64,000 nt of DNA from an uncultured Actinomycetes bacterium (GTDB lineage: Bacteria > Actinomycetota > UBA4738 > JACQTL01). The stretch spans positions 187,926 to 251,925 of the forward strand of contig CAVYXG010000007.1 of assembly GCA_963772375.1 (NCBI GenBank). The letters are read 5' to 3'. Every line of letters starts with the position of its first letter. Position 1 is the first letter of the stretch. The position numbers were made by a program, and so were the translations under genes. This document shows, one piece after another, positions 55,148-64,000 of the stretch. The notes below the pieces were generated by a model that searched no databases, was not told the DNA's origin, and saw nothing but the letters and a program-made list of their open reading frames with translations.

Positions 55148-56362
55148 ATGGCGGGAGGGTGGTCGTTCGGGCGGGCCGGCCGGAGCGGGGGTGCGCGAGG
55201 TCGACGGGCGGAAGGCGCGCGCAGGGGCCGGTGGCGGGTCGTGACGGTGGTCGCCGCCGTCGCCGTGTGCGGGGCGCTGGTCACGCCCGGCGCGGTGCTC
55301 GCGGCGCCAAGGGTGTGCCACAGCTGGAACCCGACGGGCACGCCCGACCAGCAGGCGCTGAGCTATGCGCTACGCGACGTGACCATGACGTCGACGTGCA
55401 ACGGGTGGGCGGTCGGCCAGTTCGACGACACGCTCGTCCGGCACCCGCTGATCGAGCGGTGGAACGGCACCGCGTGGGTGCAGCAGCAGGCCGCGGACCC
55501 GGCTGGTTCGGACGGCGATCTCAGGGCGGTCGCGGCGTCCTCCGCCACGAACGCCTGGGCGGTCGGCGAGTTCAACGACGGCTCACGTGAGGCCACGCTG
55601 ATCGAGCGGTGGAACGGCGCGGCCTGGAAGATCGTCCCCAGCCCGACCATCGGGACCGGCGACAACTCCCTGAACGGAGTGACCGTCCGGTCGGCCACGG
55701 ATGCCTGGGCGGTCGGCAGCTACGGGGCGCACTCGATCTCGAGGACGCTGATCCTGCACTGGAACGGCCACACGTGGACCCGGAAGCCCAGCCCGAACGG
55801 CGGGACCAACAATGCCAGCCTGTTTGCGGTGGCCGCCACGTCGGCGACCAACGCCTGGGCGGCCGGGTTCAGCTCGGACGTCGGCTCGTCCAAGCCGCTC
55901 GTCGAGCGGTGGAACGGCACGGCGTGGAAGGTACAGACGACGCCGAGCATCCCAGGCAACGACGAGATCAACGGGCTCGTCGTCCTGTCGCCAACCAACG
56001 TCTGGGCGGTCGGTGACGCGTTCCGGAGCCCGTACGTCACGCTCACCCTGCACTGGAACGGAACGGCCTGGAGGGTCGTCCCCAGCCCCGAGGTCGGGTC
56101 GGACAGCACGCAGCTGGCCGACGTGGGTGCGTTCTCCCCGACCGACATCTGGGCCGTGGGCCTGCACGCCGCGGCCGGCGGCAACAACCGGACGCTCCTC
56201 GAACACTGGAACGGGTCGCACTGGACGATCATGACCAGCCCGAACACGGGCAACGACGACAACGAGCTGTCGGGGATCGCGACGACCGGAGGAACCGCGT
56301 TCGCGGTCGGCGACTACCGCGACGGCCCCCGGACGCACTCGCTCATCGAGCACTTCGGATAG
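55148..56362 (+). CDS. secreted repeat protein of the same WNG..W / WAVG family as 34821..36248
   Basis: RBS GGGAGG. Signal VVTVVAAVAVCGALVTPGAVLA. 7 repeats (IERWNGTAWVQQ, IERWNGAAWKIV, ILHWNGHTWTRK, VERWNGTAWKVQ, TLHWNGTAWRVV, LEHWNGSHWTIM...) each followed by ..N.WAVG. Confidence 0.8.
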   Translation: MAGGWSFGRAGRSGGARGRRAEGARRGRWRVVTVVAAVAVCGALVTPGAVLAAPRVCHSWNPTGTPDQQALSYALRDVTMTSTCNGWAVGQFDDTLVRHPLIERWNGTAWVQQQAADPAGSDGDLRAVAASSATNAWAVGEFNDGSREATLIERWNGAAWKIVPSPTIGTGDNSLNGVTVRSATDAWAVGSYGAHSISRTLILHWNGHTWTRKPSPNGGTNNASLFAVAATSATNAWAAGFSSDVGSSKPLVERWNGTAWKVQTTPSIPGNDEINGLVVLSPTNVWAVGDAFRSPYVTLTLHWNGTAWRVVPSPEVGSDSTQLADVGAFSPTDIWAVGLHAAAGGNNRTLLEHWNGSHWTIMTSPNTGNDDNELSGIATTGGTAFAVGDYRDGPRTHSLIEHFG

Positions 56363-56370
56363 GGGGACGC

Positions 56371-56661
56371 ATGGGTGAGGGCAAGCCGCTGATCCGGGTC
56401 GAGGTGGTGGCGGACGACGAGGGGCTGAAGGTGCAGATGGCGATCGCGCCGTCGGTGCTGACCGAGGTCTACGCGCGCGACGGGCTGGGGCTGTTCGACC
56501 GCGACCGGGCCAACCTCGTGGTGGACCTCCGCGACCGGCGAACGGGCCGGTCGCTCGAACGCCGCCCGTTGGTGGTCGAGTTCTCGCCGGCGTCCGAGGA
56601 CGCGGAGGAGTACGCGCCGAAGTTCCGGCCGGGGAGCCCGTTCGAGCTCTCCGACGGCTGA
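56371..56661 (+). CDS. hypothetical protein
   Basis: 96-aa ORF 9 nt after the previous stop, G-rich RBS. No family recognised. Confidence 0.45.
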   Translation: MGEGKPLIRVEVVADDEGLKVQMAIAPSVLTEVYARDGLGLFDRDRANLVVDLRDRRTGRSLERRPLVVEFSPASEDAEEYAPKFRPGSPFELSDG

Positions 56662-56745
56662 ACGAGCGGTGCTCCGCGTTTGGCCGTGGCCGAAGCGGGG
56701 CAAGGACGGTTGTGCCCCGCTCGGGCGGGCCACGAGGAGGTGCCG

Positions 56746-56946
56746 GTGTTCACGAACGCCATCAGCGACCAGCTCTCCGGATCGTTCGAGGAGCTGATGG
56801 AGGAGATCCGCGCGATGCGGAAGGAGCTCGAACGCATGCGTGTGGCGCTGGAGGCGCAGGACGCGGCTCCGAGGCCGGCCCGACCGAACGCCGTGCGGGT
56901 CGCCCGCAGGCCGGCGACGGCCCGGAAGGCCTCCACTGCGGCGTAG
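56746..56946 (+). CDS. hypothetical small coiled-coil protein
   Basis: GTG 5 nt after GAGGAGG. FTNAISDQLSGSFEELMEEIRAMRKELERMRVALEAQ, then a basic tail. Confidence 0.35.
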   Translation: MFTNAISDQLSGSFEELMEEIRAMRKELERMRVALEAQDAAPRPARPNAVRVARRPATARKASTAA

Positions 56947-56970
56947 GCCGCACCGCGCCGCGGCCGCCGG

Positions 56971-58422
56971 TCAGTCCGACAGGTTCACGTAGATGTGCTT
57001 GGCCTCGAGGTAGTCCTCGATGCCGTGCGACCCCAGCTCCCGCCCGACGCCCGACTGCTTGAACCCGCCCCACGGCGCCTCGGTCGGGGCCGGCTGCGAG
57101 TCGTTGATCCACACCGTGCCGGCCCGGAGCGCCCGGGCCACACGGAACGCCTTCTTGACGTCGCGGGTCCACACCGCCGCGGCGAGGCCGTAGTCGGTGT
57201 CGTTCGCCAGGTCCACGACCTCGTCCACGTCGGAGAACGGCATCACGGCCATGACCGGGCCGAAGATCTCCTCGCGGGCGATCCGCATCCGGTTGTCCAC
57301 GTCGTACAGGATGGTGGGCGGGACGAAGAACCCCCCGGCGAGGGGGCCGTCGGACGGCGGTGCCTCGGCCAGGGCCACGCGCGCGCCCTCCCTGCGGCCG
57401 TGTTCGATGTAGGAGACGACGCGGTCCCGCTGCTCGCCGGAGACGAGCGGCCCCATGGTGGTCTCCGGATCCAGCCCGTCGCCCAGCTTCACCTCGCGCC
57501 CCCGGTCGACCATGGCCTGCAGCGCGTCGTCGTAGATCGACCGTTCGACGAACACCCGGCTCCCCGCGGAGCAGATCTCGCCCTGGTTCCAGAAGATGCC
57601 GTTGCAGGTGCCCTCGATGGCCTCGTCGAACGACGAGTCGGCGAACACGATGTTCGGCGACTTCCCGCCGAGCTCGAGCGTGACCCGCTTCAATGTGTCC
57701 GCGCCCTCCCGCATCACGGTCTTCCCCACCTCGAGCGAGCCGGTGAACCCGACCTTGTCGACCAGGGGGCTCCGGACGAGCGGCGCGCCGGCCGTCTCGC
57801 CGAACCCGGTGATCACGTTGCACACTCCCGCCGGGACGCCCGCCTCCTCGAGGAACCGCGGCAGCTCGAGCGCCGTCATGGGGGTCTGCTCGGCCGGCTT
57901 CAGGACGACCGTGCACCCGGCGGCGAGCGCGGGCGCGACCTTCTGCACGGCCATCACGAGCGGGTAGTTCCACGGCGTGATGCAGGCCGCGACGCCGACG
58001 GGCTCCTTCACGACGAGGCTGATGGCACCACGGCCGACCGGCGGGATCTCGCCGCTGACCTTCGTGGCCCAGCCCGCGTAGTACTCGAAGATGAACGCGG
58101 CCTCGTCGATGTCCTCGCGGGCCTCGCCGATGGGCTTGCCGCAGTCCCGGACCTCGAGCTCCGCCAGGCGGTCCCGTTCCCGGCGGATGGCCTCGGCGAC
58201 CAGGAACAGCGCCCGGCCGCGTTCGCGTTCGCTCGTCGCGATCGACCACCGGCCGTCGTCGAACGCCGCGCGGGCCGCCCCGACGGCGCGCTCCGCGTCG
58301 GCCGGCTGCGCGTCGGGGACCGACGCGAACGCCGCCCCGGTCGCGGGGTTCACGACGTCGAACCGCTTGCCATCCAGGGCGTCGCACCAGGCCCCGTCGA
58401 CGTACATCCGGCCCTCGATCAT
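56971..58422 (-). CDS. NAD(P)-dependent aldehyde dehydrogenase
   Basis: ITPWNYPL, VVLKPAEQTP, FTGSLEVG, VTLELGGKSP, catalytic Cys region NQGEICSAGSR, EEIFGPV. Confidence 0.95.
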   Translation of the reverse strand: MIEGRMYVDGAWCDALDGKRFDVVNPATGAAFASVPDAQPADAERAVGAARAAFDDGRWSIATSERERGRALFLVAEAIRRERDRLAELEVRDCGKPIGEAREDIDEAAFIFEYYAGWATKVSGEIPPVGRGAISLVVKEPVGVAACITPWNYPLVMAVQKVAPALAAGCTVVLKPAEQTPMTALELPRFLEEAGVPAGVCNVITGFGETAGAPLVRSPLVDKVGFTGSLEVGKTVMREGADTLKRVTLELGGKSPNIVFADSSFDEAIEGTCNGIFWNQGEICSAGSRVFVERSIYDDALQAMVDRGREVKLGDGLDPETTMGPLVSGEQRDRVVSYIEHGRREGARVALAEAPPSDGPLAGGFFVPPTILYDVDNRMRIAREEIFGPVMAVMPFSDVDEVVDLANDTDYGLAAAVWTRDVKKAFRVARALRAGTVWINDSQPAPTEAPWGGFKQSGVGRELGSHGIEDYLEAKHIYVNLSD

Positions 58423-58671
58423 TCCGCCCTCCCCCCAGTCCTCGTGCCGTGAAGCACGATCACCGCGCCGTCGAGGTCCGCCACGCCGGCGAGACTAGCG
58501 CCGATCGATGTGCGGCGCCGCATCGAGTACGCATGCGGGGTCGCAGGACATGACCTCAGGCCGGCCGAGTAGCGCGACATCATGCCCGGCCCCCACCGCC
58601 ACGTCTGCCCGCCGTGACTGCGGTCTCCAGCCCGAAGCCGTCGGCTGCGACCTGCCCCTGACCGGCCGGCG

Positions 58672-59862
58672 TCAGCGAACGAGCTGCGCCAGGTCCTCCG
58701 CCAGCGGTGGGACCGGCTGTCCGGAGAGGTACGCCCGCGCCATCAGCACGTCGAACAGCCGGACACACCCCTCGCGCTCCGAGAGCGGGCCGGGAACGAA
58801 CCCCCGGGATCCCATTCCCCGGTACACCGACTCGATGGCGTGCCAGTCCTGGCGGTTGGTGATGTCCCAGAACTCCACGGCGAACGCCGGGTCGAACCCG
58901 TGCGACGAGACGTCCTCCGGCGAGAACAGCCACTGGCACTCGATCTCCGTACGACCGGCGGCGAGCGGCGTCATCCGATGGGTGAGGACGTAGTCAGGGT
59001 GGAGGCTGATCAGCAAGTTGGGGACGAGCCCCATGTACAGGACCTGCCGGCGCTGCTTCGGGGCCAGCCCCCGCAGGGGCGTCGCACCGGATTCGCCGGT
59101 GAGCGACATGGTGACGGCGCCCGGGCGCAGGTCCATGAACCCGCCCGACCACACGCCGGCCGGCCGCAGGTCGCGGCCGCTCTCGGGCGGCGTCACCGCA
59201 CACAGCTCGGGGTGGATGTTCGAGCAGTGGTAGCACTCGTGGTAGTTCTCGTGGGCGATCTTCCAGTTCGACTCGACGACGTAGCGGTGCTCCGCGCCCA
59301 CGAGGAGCCGCTCGGGCTCGTGGTCGCGGACGTGGTTCCCGAGGTCCCCCAGGTGCTCGGCGAGCGGCGGCGCACCGCCGGACGCATTGACGAACGCCCA
59401 GCCGTGCCACTCCTCCACCCGCGCGGCGTGCAGCCCGAACTCGTCCCGGTCCAGGCCCGCGAACCCCGGCGCCCCGCGCATCCGGCCGTCGAGGTCGTAG
59501 ACCCACGCGTGATACGGGCACATGACCGTGGACCGGCACACGCGTTCGCCGGCTTCGAGGAGCTCGTGGCCCCGGTGCCGGCAGGTGTTGAAGAACGCCC
59601 GCAGGATCCCGTCACCGCCGCGTACCAGCAAGATGGTCTCCGACCCCACGCGCGCACCGATCTGGTCACCCGGCTCCGGGAGGTCGGCCGCGCGCCCCAC
59701 ACAGACCCACGACGCGTCGAAGAGTCGCTCGATCTCCCAATCGAAGACCTCGTCGGACCGGTACGCCCGCGCTGGCAGGCCGGTGCTCGTTCCGAGCGGG
59801 AGGAACACCGATGCCAGCTCGTCCGGTGCGAACGGCCCGCGCTGTCCGGTTCCGTCCATCAC
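58672..59862 (-). CDS. Rieske [2Fe-2S] non-haem-iron oxygenase, alpha/oxygenase component
   Basis: Rieske motif CRHRGHEL...CPYHAWVY. Mononuclear iron region NYHECYHCSNIHPEL. No reductase partner in the window. Confidence 0.85.
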   Translation of the reverse strand: MMDGTGQRGPFAPDELASVFLPLGTSTGLPARAYRSDEVFDWEIERLFDASWVCVGRAADLPEPGDQIGARVGSETILLVRGGDGILRAFFNTCRHRGHELLEAGERVCRSTVMCPYHAWVYDLDGRMRGAPGFAGLDRDEFGLHAARVEEWHGWAFVNASGGAPPLAEHLGDLGNHVRDHEPERLLVGAEHRYVVESNWKIAHENYHECYHCSNIHPELCAVTPPESGRDLRPAGVWSGGFMDLRPGAVTMSLTGESGATPLRGLAPKQRRQVLYMGLVPNLLISLHPDYVLTHRMTPLAAGRTEIECQWLFSPEDVSSHGFDPAFAVEFWDITNRQDWHAIESVYRGMGSRGFVPGPLSEREGCVRLFDVLMARAYLSGQPVPPLAEDLAQLVR

Positions 59863-59994
59863 GTCCTCCCCGTTTCCCGGGCATCATGCCAGACCGACTC
59901 GCCGGTCACCGCCACACCGGCACATGTTCCGTCCGGCCCTCGTCCACGATCGCCCCCTCGATGCGATTCGCGTGCGCTCGAGTTCCCAAGATAA

Positions 59995-60008
59995 ACTGAA
60001 CGTTCAGT
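59995..60008. promoter_or_regulatory. perfect 14-bp palindrome ACTGAACGTTCAGT in a divergent intergenic region (candidate operator)
   Basis: Read directly. An A/T-rich dyad in an otherwise G+C-rich spacer between the Rieske oxygenase and acyl-CoA dehydrogenase genes. Confidence 0.35.
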
Positions 60009-60076
60009 CAATGCTTGGGCCGGCTCTCTCGACCGGTTCGAGCGGGGAGCCACGGGAGGCTCGTCTGCCGTACCCG

Positions 60077-61240
60077 ATGACGGAGGAGGACCGGGAGCTC
60101 CAGCGGCGGGCTCGAGAGTTCGTCGACCGTGAGCTCATCCCCCACGAGGTCGAGGCGGAGCTCAACGACGGTCGGCTCCCAGACGACGTCGTAGAGCGCC
60201 ACCGGAAGCTCGCCCGCGAGCTCGGGTTCGGCGCGATCTCGATGCCGAAGGAACTCGGCGGCGACGGGCTGTCGACGTTCCAGCAGTCGCTCGTCCAGGA
60301 GCAGATCGGCCGGGTCACCAACGGCCTGGGGTGGGTCGTCCACACGCCGCCGGCCTGGCTGGCGGGCGTGGCCACGCCGCACCAGCTGGCCACATGGGTC
60401 CAGCCGTCGATCCGTGGCGAGCGCATGGAGTGCTACGCGATCACGGAGGAGGGAGCCGGTTCCGACGTCGGCGCGATCACCGCGAGGGTGAGCCGGGAGG
60501 GAGACGAGTACGTCCTCCAGGGCGAGAAGTGGCACGTCACTTCGGCCAACCTCGCCGATCACGTCTTCTTCCAGGGGGTGCTGACCGAGGGCGAGCACGC
60601 CGGCTCGCAGGCGCTGTTGGTCGTCGACATGGACACCCCCGGACTCCGCGTGGTCCGAACCCCCAAGTACTCGCACACACTCGCGGACGAGCACCCCATC
60701 CTGGCGTTCGAGGGCGTGCGTGTCCCCGAGGCGAACCGCATCGGCGCCGAGGGCGACGGGATGCGGTTCGTGTACGAGTGGTTCCGGTACGAGCGGCTGA
60801 TGATCGCCGCGCGGTGCTGCGGCGCGGCCGAGCGGCTGATCGACGAGACGACCGAGTTCGCGAAGGGGCGCGTGGCGTTCGGACGCCCGATCGCGGAGTA
60901 CCAGGCGGTGCAGTTCATGCTCGCGGATTCGCTCGCCGAGCTGTGGGCCGCCCGGCTGATGACGTACGAGACGGCGCGCGAGATGGACGGCGGCGCGGAC
61001 GAGAAGACCCAGCACGCGCAGTGCTCGCTCGCCAAGCTGTACGCCAGCGAGATGGCCAACCGCGTGGCCGACCGGGCCGTGCAGATCTTCGGGGGGCGCG
61101 GCTACATGCGGGAGAACGTCGCGGAGCGATTCTTCCGCGAGCTCCGCGTCGAACGGATCTGGGAAGGGACCTCCGAGATCCAGCGTCTCATCGTCGCGGA
61201 CCAGCTGCGCAAGCGGGGAAGCAGGCCCATCGTCGGATAG
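60077..61240 (+). CDS. acyl-CoA dehydrogenase family protein
   Basis: MTEEDRELQRRAREFVDRELIP...YAITEEGAGSD...catalytic-base region IWEGTSEIQRLIVA. An alternative start is ATG 60011. Confidence 0.85.
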   Translation: MTEEDRELQRRAREFVDRELIPHEVEAELNDGRLPDDVVERHRKLARELGFGAISMPKELGGDGLSTFQQSLVQEQIGRVTNGLGWVVHTPPAWLAGVATPHQLATWVQPSIRGERMECYAITEEGAGSDVGAITARVSREGDEYVLQGEKWHVTSANLADHVFFQGVLTEGEHAGSQALLVVDMDTPGLRVVRTPKYSHTLADEHPILAFEGVRVPEANRIGAEGDGMRFVYEWFRYERLMIAARCCGAAERLIDETTEFAKGRVAFGRPIAEYQAVQFMLADSLAELWAARLMTYETAREMDGGADEKTQHAQCSLAKLYASEMANRVADRAVQIFGGRGYMRENVAERFFRELRVERIWEGTSEIQRLIVADQLRKRGSRPIVG

Positions 61241-61253
61241 AAGGACGGAACTC

Positions 61254-62642
61254 GTGGCGACCACAGGAACGGACCGGAGCACTGGGATCGACGCGCTCAT
61301 CGAGCGAGAGGAACGGCGGTTCGTGGAGCGTCAGCCGCGCTCCGGCGAGCTGTCGGAGCAGGCAAGGAGAACCCTCGCGGGCGGCGTCACCTCGAACTGG
61401 CAGATCCACCGCCCCCAGGCCGTGTGGATCTCGCATGGGCAGGGATCTCACGTCTGGGACGTGGACGGGAACGAATTCGTCGACCTCCACGGGGGCTACG
61501 GCGTGAACGCGGTGGGCCACGCCCACCCAGCCGTGGTCGCCGCGGTGTCCGAACGGGTCCGGCGCGGGACGCACTTCGCGCAGCCGACAGAGGACGCTAT
61601 CGCCGTCGCCGAGGACCTCTCTCGGCGGTTCGGACTGCCCAAGTGGCGGTTCGGCAACTCCGGGACCGAGGCGACGATGGACGCCGTCCACCTGATGCGG
61701 GCGATCACCGGACGCGACCTCATCGTCAAGGTGGAGGGGACGTACCACGGCCATCACGACTCGGTGCAGGTGTCCGTGTACCAGCTGATCGAGGAGCTCG
61801 GACCGAGCAAGCGGCCGTGGAGCGCGCCCGCCTCGAGCGGGATCCCGCGGGCCATCGTCGAGCTGACGTTGGTCGTGCCGTTCAACGATCCCGAGGCGCT
61901 CCGGGACCTGTTCGACGAACGGGGGCGTGAGATCGCCGGGATGATCATGGAGCCGGTGATGATGAACGCGGGCATCATCCCGCCGGTCCCCGGCTGGCTG
62001 GAGTGCGCGCGAGACGTCACCGGAAGCCACGGCGCGCTACTCGCGTTCGATGAGGTCAAGACGGGCTGCACGATCCACCCCGGGGGCGCCACCGCGAGGT
62101 TCGGCGTGACCCCCGACATCGTCTGCCTGGCAAAGGCCATGGGCGGCGGCATCTCGACCGCGGCCATCGGCGGCACCGCGGAGGTCATGTCGTTCGTCGC
62201 CGAGGGCGCATACGAGCAGGTCGGGACGTTCAACGGGAACCCCCTGGCGATGGCCGCCGCGCGGGCGGCCCTGACCGAGGTCCTCACGCCGGCGGCGTAT
62301 ACACATTTCGACCGGCTTCGGGAGACGATGGTCGCCGGATGTGAGGAGATCATCGCGGAGCATGGCCTCGCCGCCCACGTGGTCGCGCTCGGGGCGAAGG
62401 GATGCATCGTGTTCTCGGGCCAACCGATCCGCAACTACCGGCAGTTCCTGGAGATCGACGACCGATTCAGCCATCTCCACTGGCTGATGCAGCACGGCGG
62501 CGGGGTGTTCCTCCCGCCGTGGGGGAAGGCCGAACAGTGGATGCTCTCCGTCCAGCACACGGACGACGACGTGGCGACATTCCTCGACAACTTCCGCCGG
62601 TTCGCGGAAACGATCGGAGGTGGGAGCAGTGCATCCTCGTGA
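61254..62642 (+). CDS. class III (PLP) aminotransferase, glutamate-1-semialdehyde-aminomutase-like
   Basis: FGNSGTEATMDA, LLAFDEVKTG (PLP lysine), LAKAMGGG. Confidence 0.85.
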   Translation: MATTGTDRSTGIDALIEREERRFVERQPRSGELSEQARRTLAGGVTSNWQIHRPQAVWISHGQGSHVWDVDGNEFVDLHGGYGVNAVGHAHPAVVAAVSERVRRGTHFAQPTEDAIAVAEDLSRRFGLPKWRFGNSGTEATMDAVHLMRAITGRDLIVKVEGTYHGHHDSVQVSVYQLIEELGPSKRPWSAPASSGIPRAIVELTLVVPFNDPEALRDLFDERGREIAGMIMEPVMMNAGIIPPVPGWLECARDVTGSHGALLAFDEVKTGCTIHPGGATARFGVTPDIVCLAKAMGGGISTAAIGGTAEVMSFVAEGAYEQVGTFNGNPLAMAAARAALTEVLTPAAYTHFDRLRETMVAGCEEIIAEHGLAAHVVALGAKGCIVFSGQPIRNYRQFLEIDDRFSHLHWLMQHGGGVFLPPWGKAEQWMLSVQHTDDDVATFLDNFRRFAETIGGGSSASS

Positions 62643-63891
62643 ACGACGCCCGCCCAAAGGCGCGCTCTCGCGCCGGGACTTCCTGAAGCGGGCAGGCGGA
62701 TCGGCCGTCGCGCTGGCCACGCTCCCGGCGCTCCTCGAGGCGTGCGGCAAGGGGACACCGCCGTCCGCCTCGGCCTCCACGCTCCCATTGGCCCGGCCCG
62801 GCGAACCGGTGACGTGGCCGATCGACCCCGGCAACAAGCCGATCGCGAGCGGCCTCCAGCCGGAGCAGAACGCGACGCTCAAGATCTACAACTGGGAGGA
62901 GTACATCTACAAGAAGTCGCTGAAGGACTTCGAGAAGCAGTACGCCAGCGCCAACGTCACCGTCGAGCTGTCCACCTTCGCCACCATGGACGAGGCGCTG
63001 TCCAAGATCCGGTCGGGCCAGGTGGACTTCGACGTGCTGGTTCCGACCATCGACGTGCTCGGCAAGCTGATCACACGAGGCTATCTCCGGCCGCTGACCC
63101 ACAGCTACCTGACCAACCTCTCCAACGTCTGGACCGAGCTCCAGGACCCGTACTATGACCGCGGCGCCCGGTACACGGTCCCGTACGTCACGTACACGAC
63201 CGGTGTCGCATGGCGCACGGACATGGTGAGCGAGGACATCTCGAAGCGGCCGAACCCCTACGACGTGTTCTGGGACAGCAAGTACAAGAACCAGACCGAG
63301 GTCCTGGACGACTACCGCGAGACCATCGGCATGTCGCTCCTCCGCCACGGGATCTACGACCTCAACTCCGGGAACGCGAAGAACCTGGCGACGGCGAAGC
63401 ATGATCTGCTCGACCTGACCCAGGCCACCAACCCGTTGGTGAACGTGGACGACTACATCGACCTTCCTGAGGGCAAGGTGTCGATCTGCGAGGCCTGGTC
63501 CGGGGACATGGTGAACGCGCAGTACTACGGTCCGAAGGGATTCGACACGAGCGTCCTGCGGTACTGGGCGCTGCCGACCCACGCTCCGGTGAACAACGAC
63601 CTGCTCGTGCTCCTTCGCGCCGGCAGCAACCCGGTGCTGGCGCACCTGTTCCTCAACTACCTGCTCGACTTCGACAACGCCATGGAGAACTTCAGCTGGC
63701 TCGGATACCAGCCCCCGCAGCAGAAGGTCAACGCCGAACTGCTCGTGAAGCAGCAGTACATCCCGCAGAACCTGGCGACCACCGTCGTGCCGGAGTCGAT
63801 CTGGAAGACCGGATCACGTGAGCTCGAGCTCAGCCCCGCGGTCGACGCTGCCTGGCACGACGTCTGGAGCGAGTTCAAGGCCGGTGCCTAG
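62629..63891 (+). CDS. polyamine-type (PotD/PotF-like) ABC substrate-binding protein with Tat-like signal
   Basis: GTG 8 nt after GGAGG. SRRDFLKRAGGSAVALATLPALLEAC. LKIYNWEEYI, DVLVPT, typical PotD/F features. Confidence 0.8.
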   Translation: MHPRERRPPKGALSRRDFLKRAGGSAVALATLPALLEACGKGTPPSASASTLPLARPGEPVTWPIDPGNKPIASGLQPEQNATLKIYNWEEYIYKKSLKDFEKQYASANVTVELSTFATMDEALSKIRSGQVDFDVLVPTIDVLGKLITRGYLRPLTHSYLTNLSNVWTELQDPYYDRGARYTVPYVTYTTGVAWRTDMVSEDISKRPNPYDVFWDSKYKNQTEVLDDYRETIGMSLLRHGIYDLNSGNAKNLATAKHDLLDLTQATNPLVNVDDYIDLPEGKVSICEAWSGDMVNAQYYGPKGFDTSVLRYWALPTHAPVNNDLLVLLRAGSNPVLAHLFLNYLLDFDNAMENFSWLGYQPPQQKVNAELLVKQQYIPQNLATTVVPESIWKTGSRELELSPAVDAAWHDVWSEFKAGA

Positions 63892-64000
63892 CGCACGGGC
63901 CCGGCGCCGGGCCGACGCGGAGCGCCACGGGGCCTGGTATCCCCGGTGGTTCTGGCCGTCGTTCACCACGCCCGGTGTCCTGTGGCTGATCCTGCTGTTC
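63884..64000 (+). CDS. ABC transporter permease, 5' end only (runs off the right edge)
   Basis: GTG at 63884 overlaps the SBP stop. Own translation VPSARARRRADAERHGAWYPRWFWPSFTTPGVLWLILLF stays open to the window end. Confidence 0.5.
   Translation, partial: MPSARARRRADAERHGAWYPRWFWPSFTTPGVLWLILLF

Overview
High-G+C (by eye about 70%) actinobacterial-type chromosome segment. The two ends are conserved housekeeping DNA. On the left: MazG/Eis/GNAT genes, a Ser/Thr kinase, asd-ask, DegV with a PlsY-like gene, an MFS transporter, MscS, recR-dnaX-SRP RNA. On the right: two tRNA-Ser genes, tadA, a hemerythrin, and an aldehyde dehydrogenase / Rieske oxygenase / acyl-CoA dehydrogenase / aminotransferase / polyamine-type ABC cluster. 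The middle (about 17.5-47.7 kb) is accessory-looking. It holds three mobile elements and an unusual concentration of secreted or membrane-anchored beta-propeller-type repeat proteins (PD40/TolB, BNR, NHL, delta-60, YVTN, and a 'HWDG...WAVG' family). Two ECF sigma factor pairs and a second Ser/Thr kinase sit among them. The mobile elements are an IS110 element, a dead IS21 element, and a 3,057-bp three-gene transposon. The best-supported discovery is that transposon (29289-32345). It has TGT termini, imperfect inverted repeats and a 5-bp CCAAG target duplication, and its in-silico removal restores an in-frame secreted-protein gene. Other notable points: a perfect 15 x 9-bp tandem repeat inside the IS21 istB gene; an ECF sigma factor paired with a two-PASTA-domain membrane protein; an ECF sigma factor paired with a membrane-anchored beta-propeller; and at least eight frameshift or nonsense lesions, several in short homopolymer runs, which may be real decay or sequencing error. 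I found no CRISPR array, rRNA, integrase or recognisable defence system. All family names come from reading the translations by eye. No database search or computation was possible.
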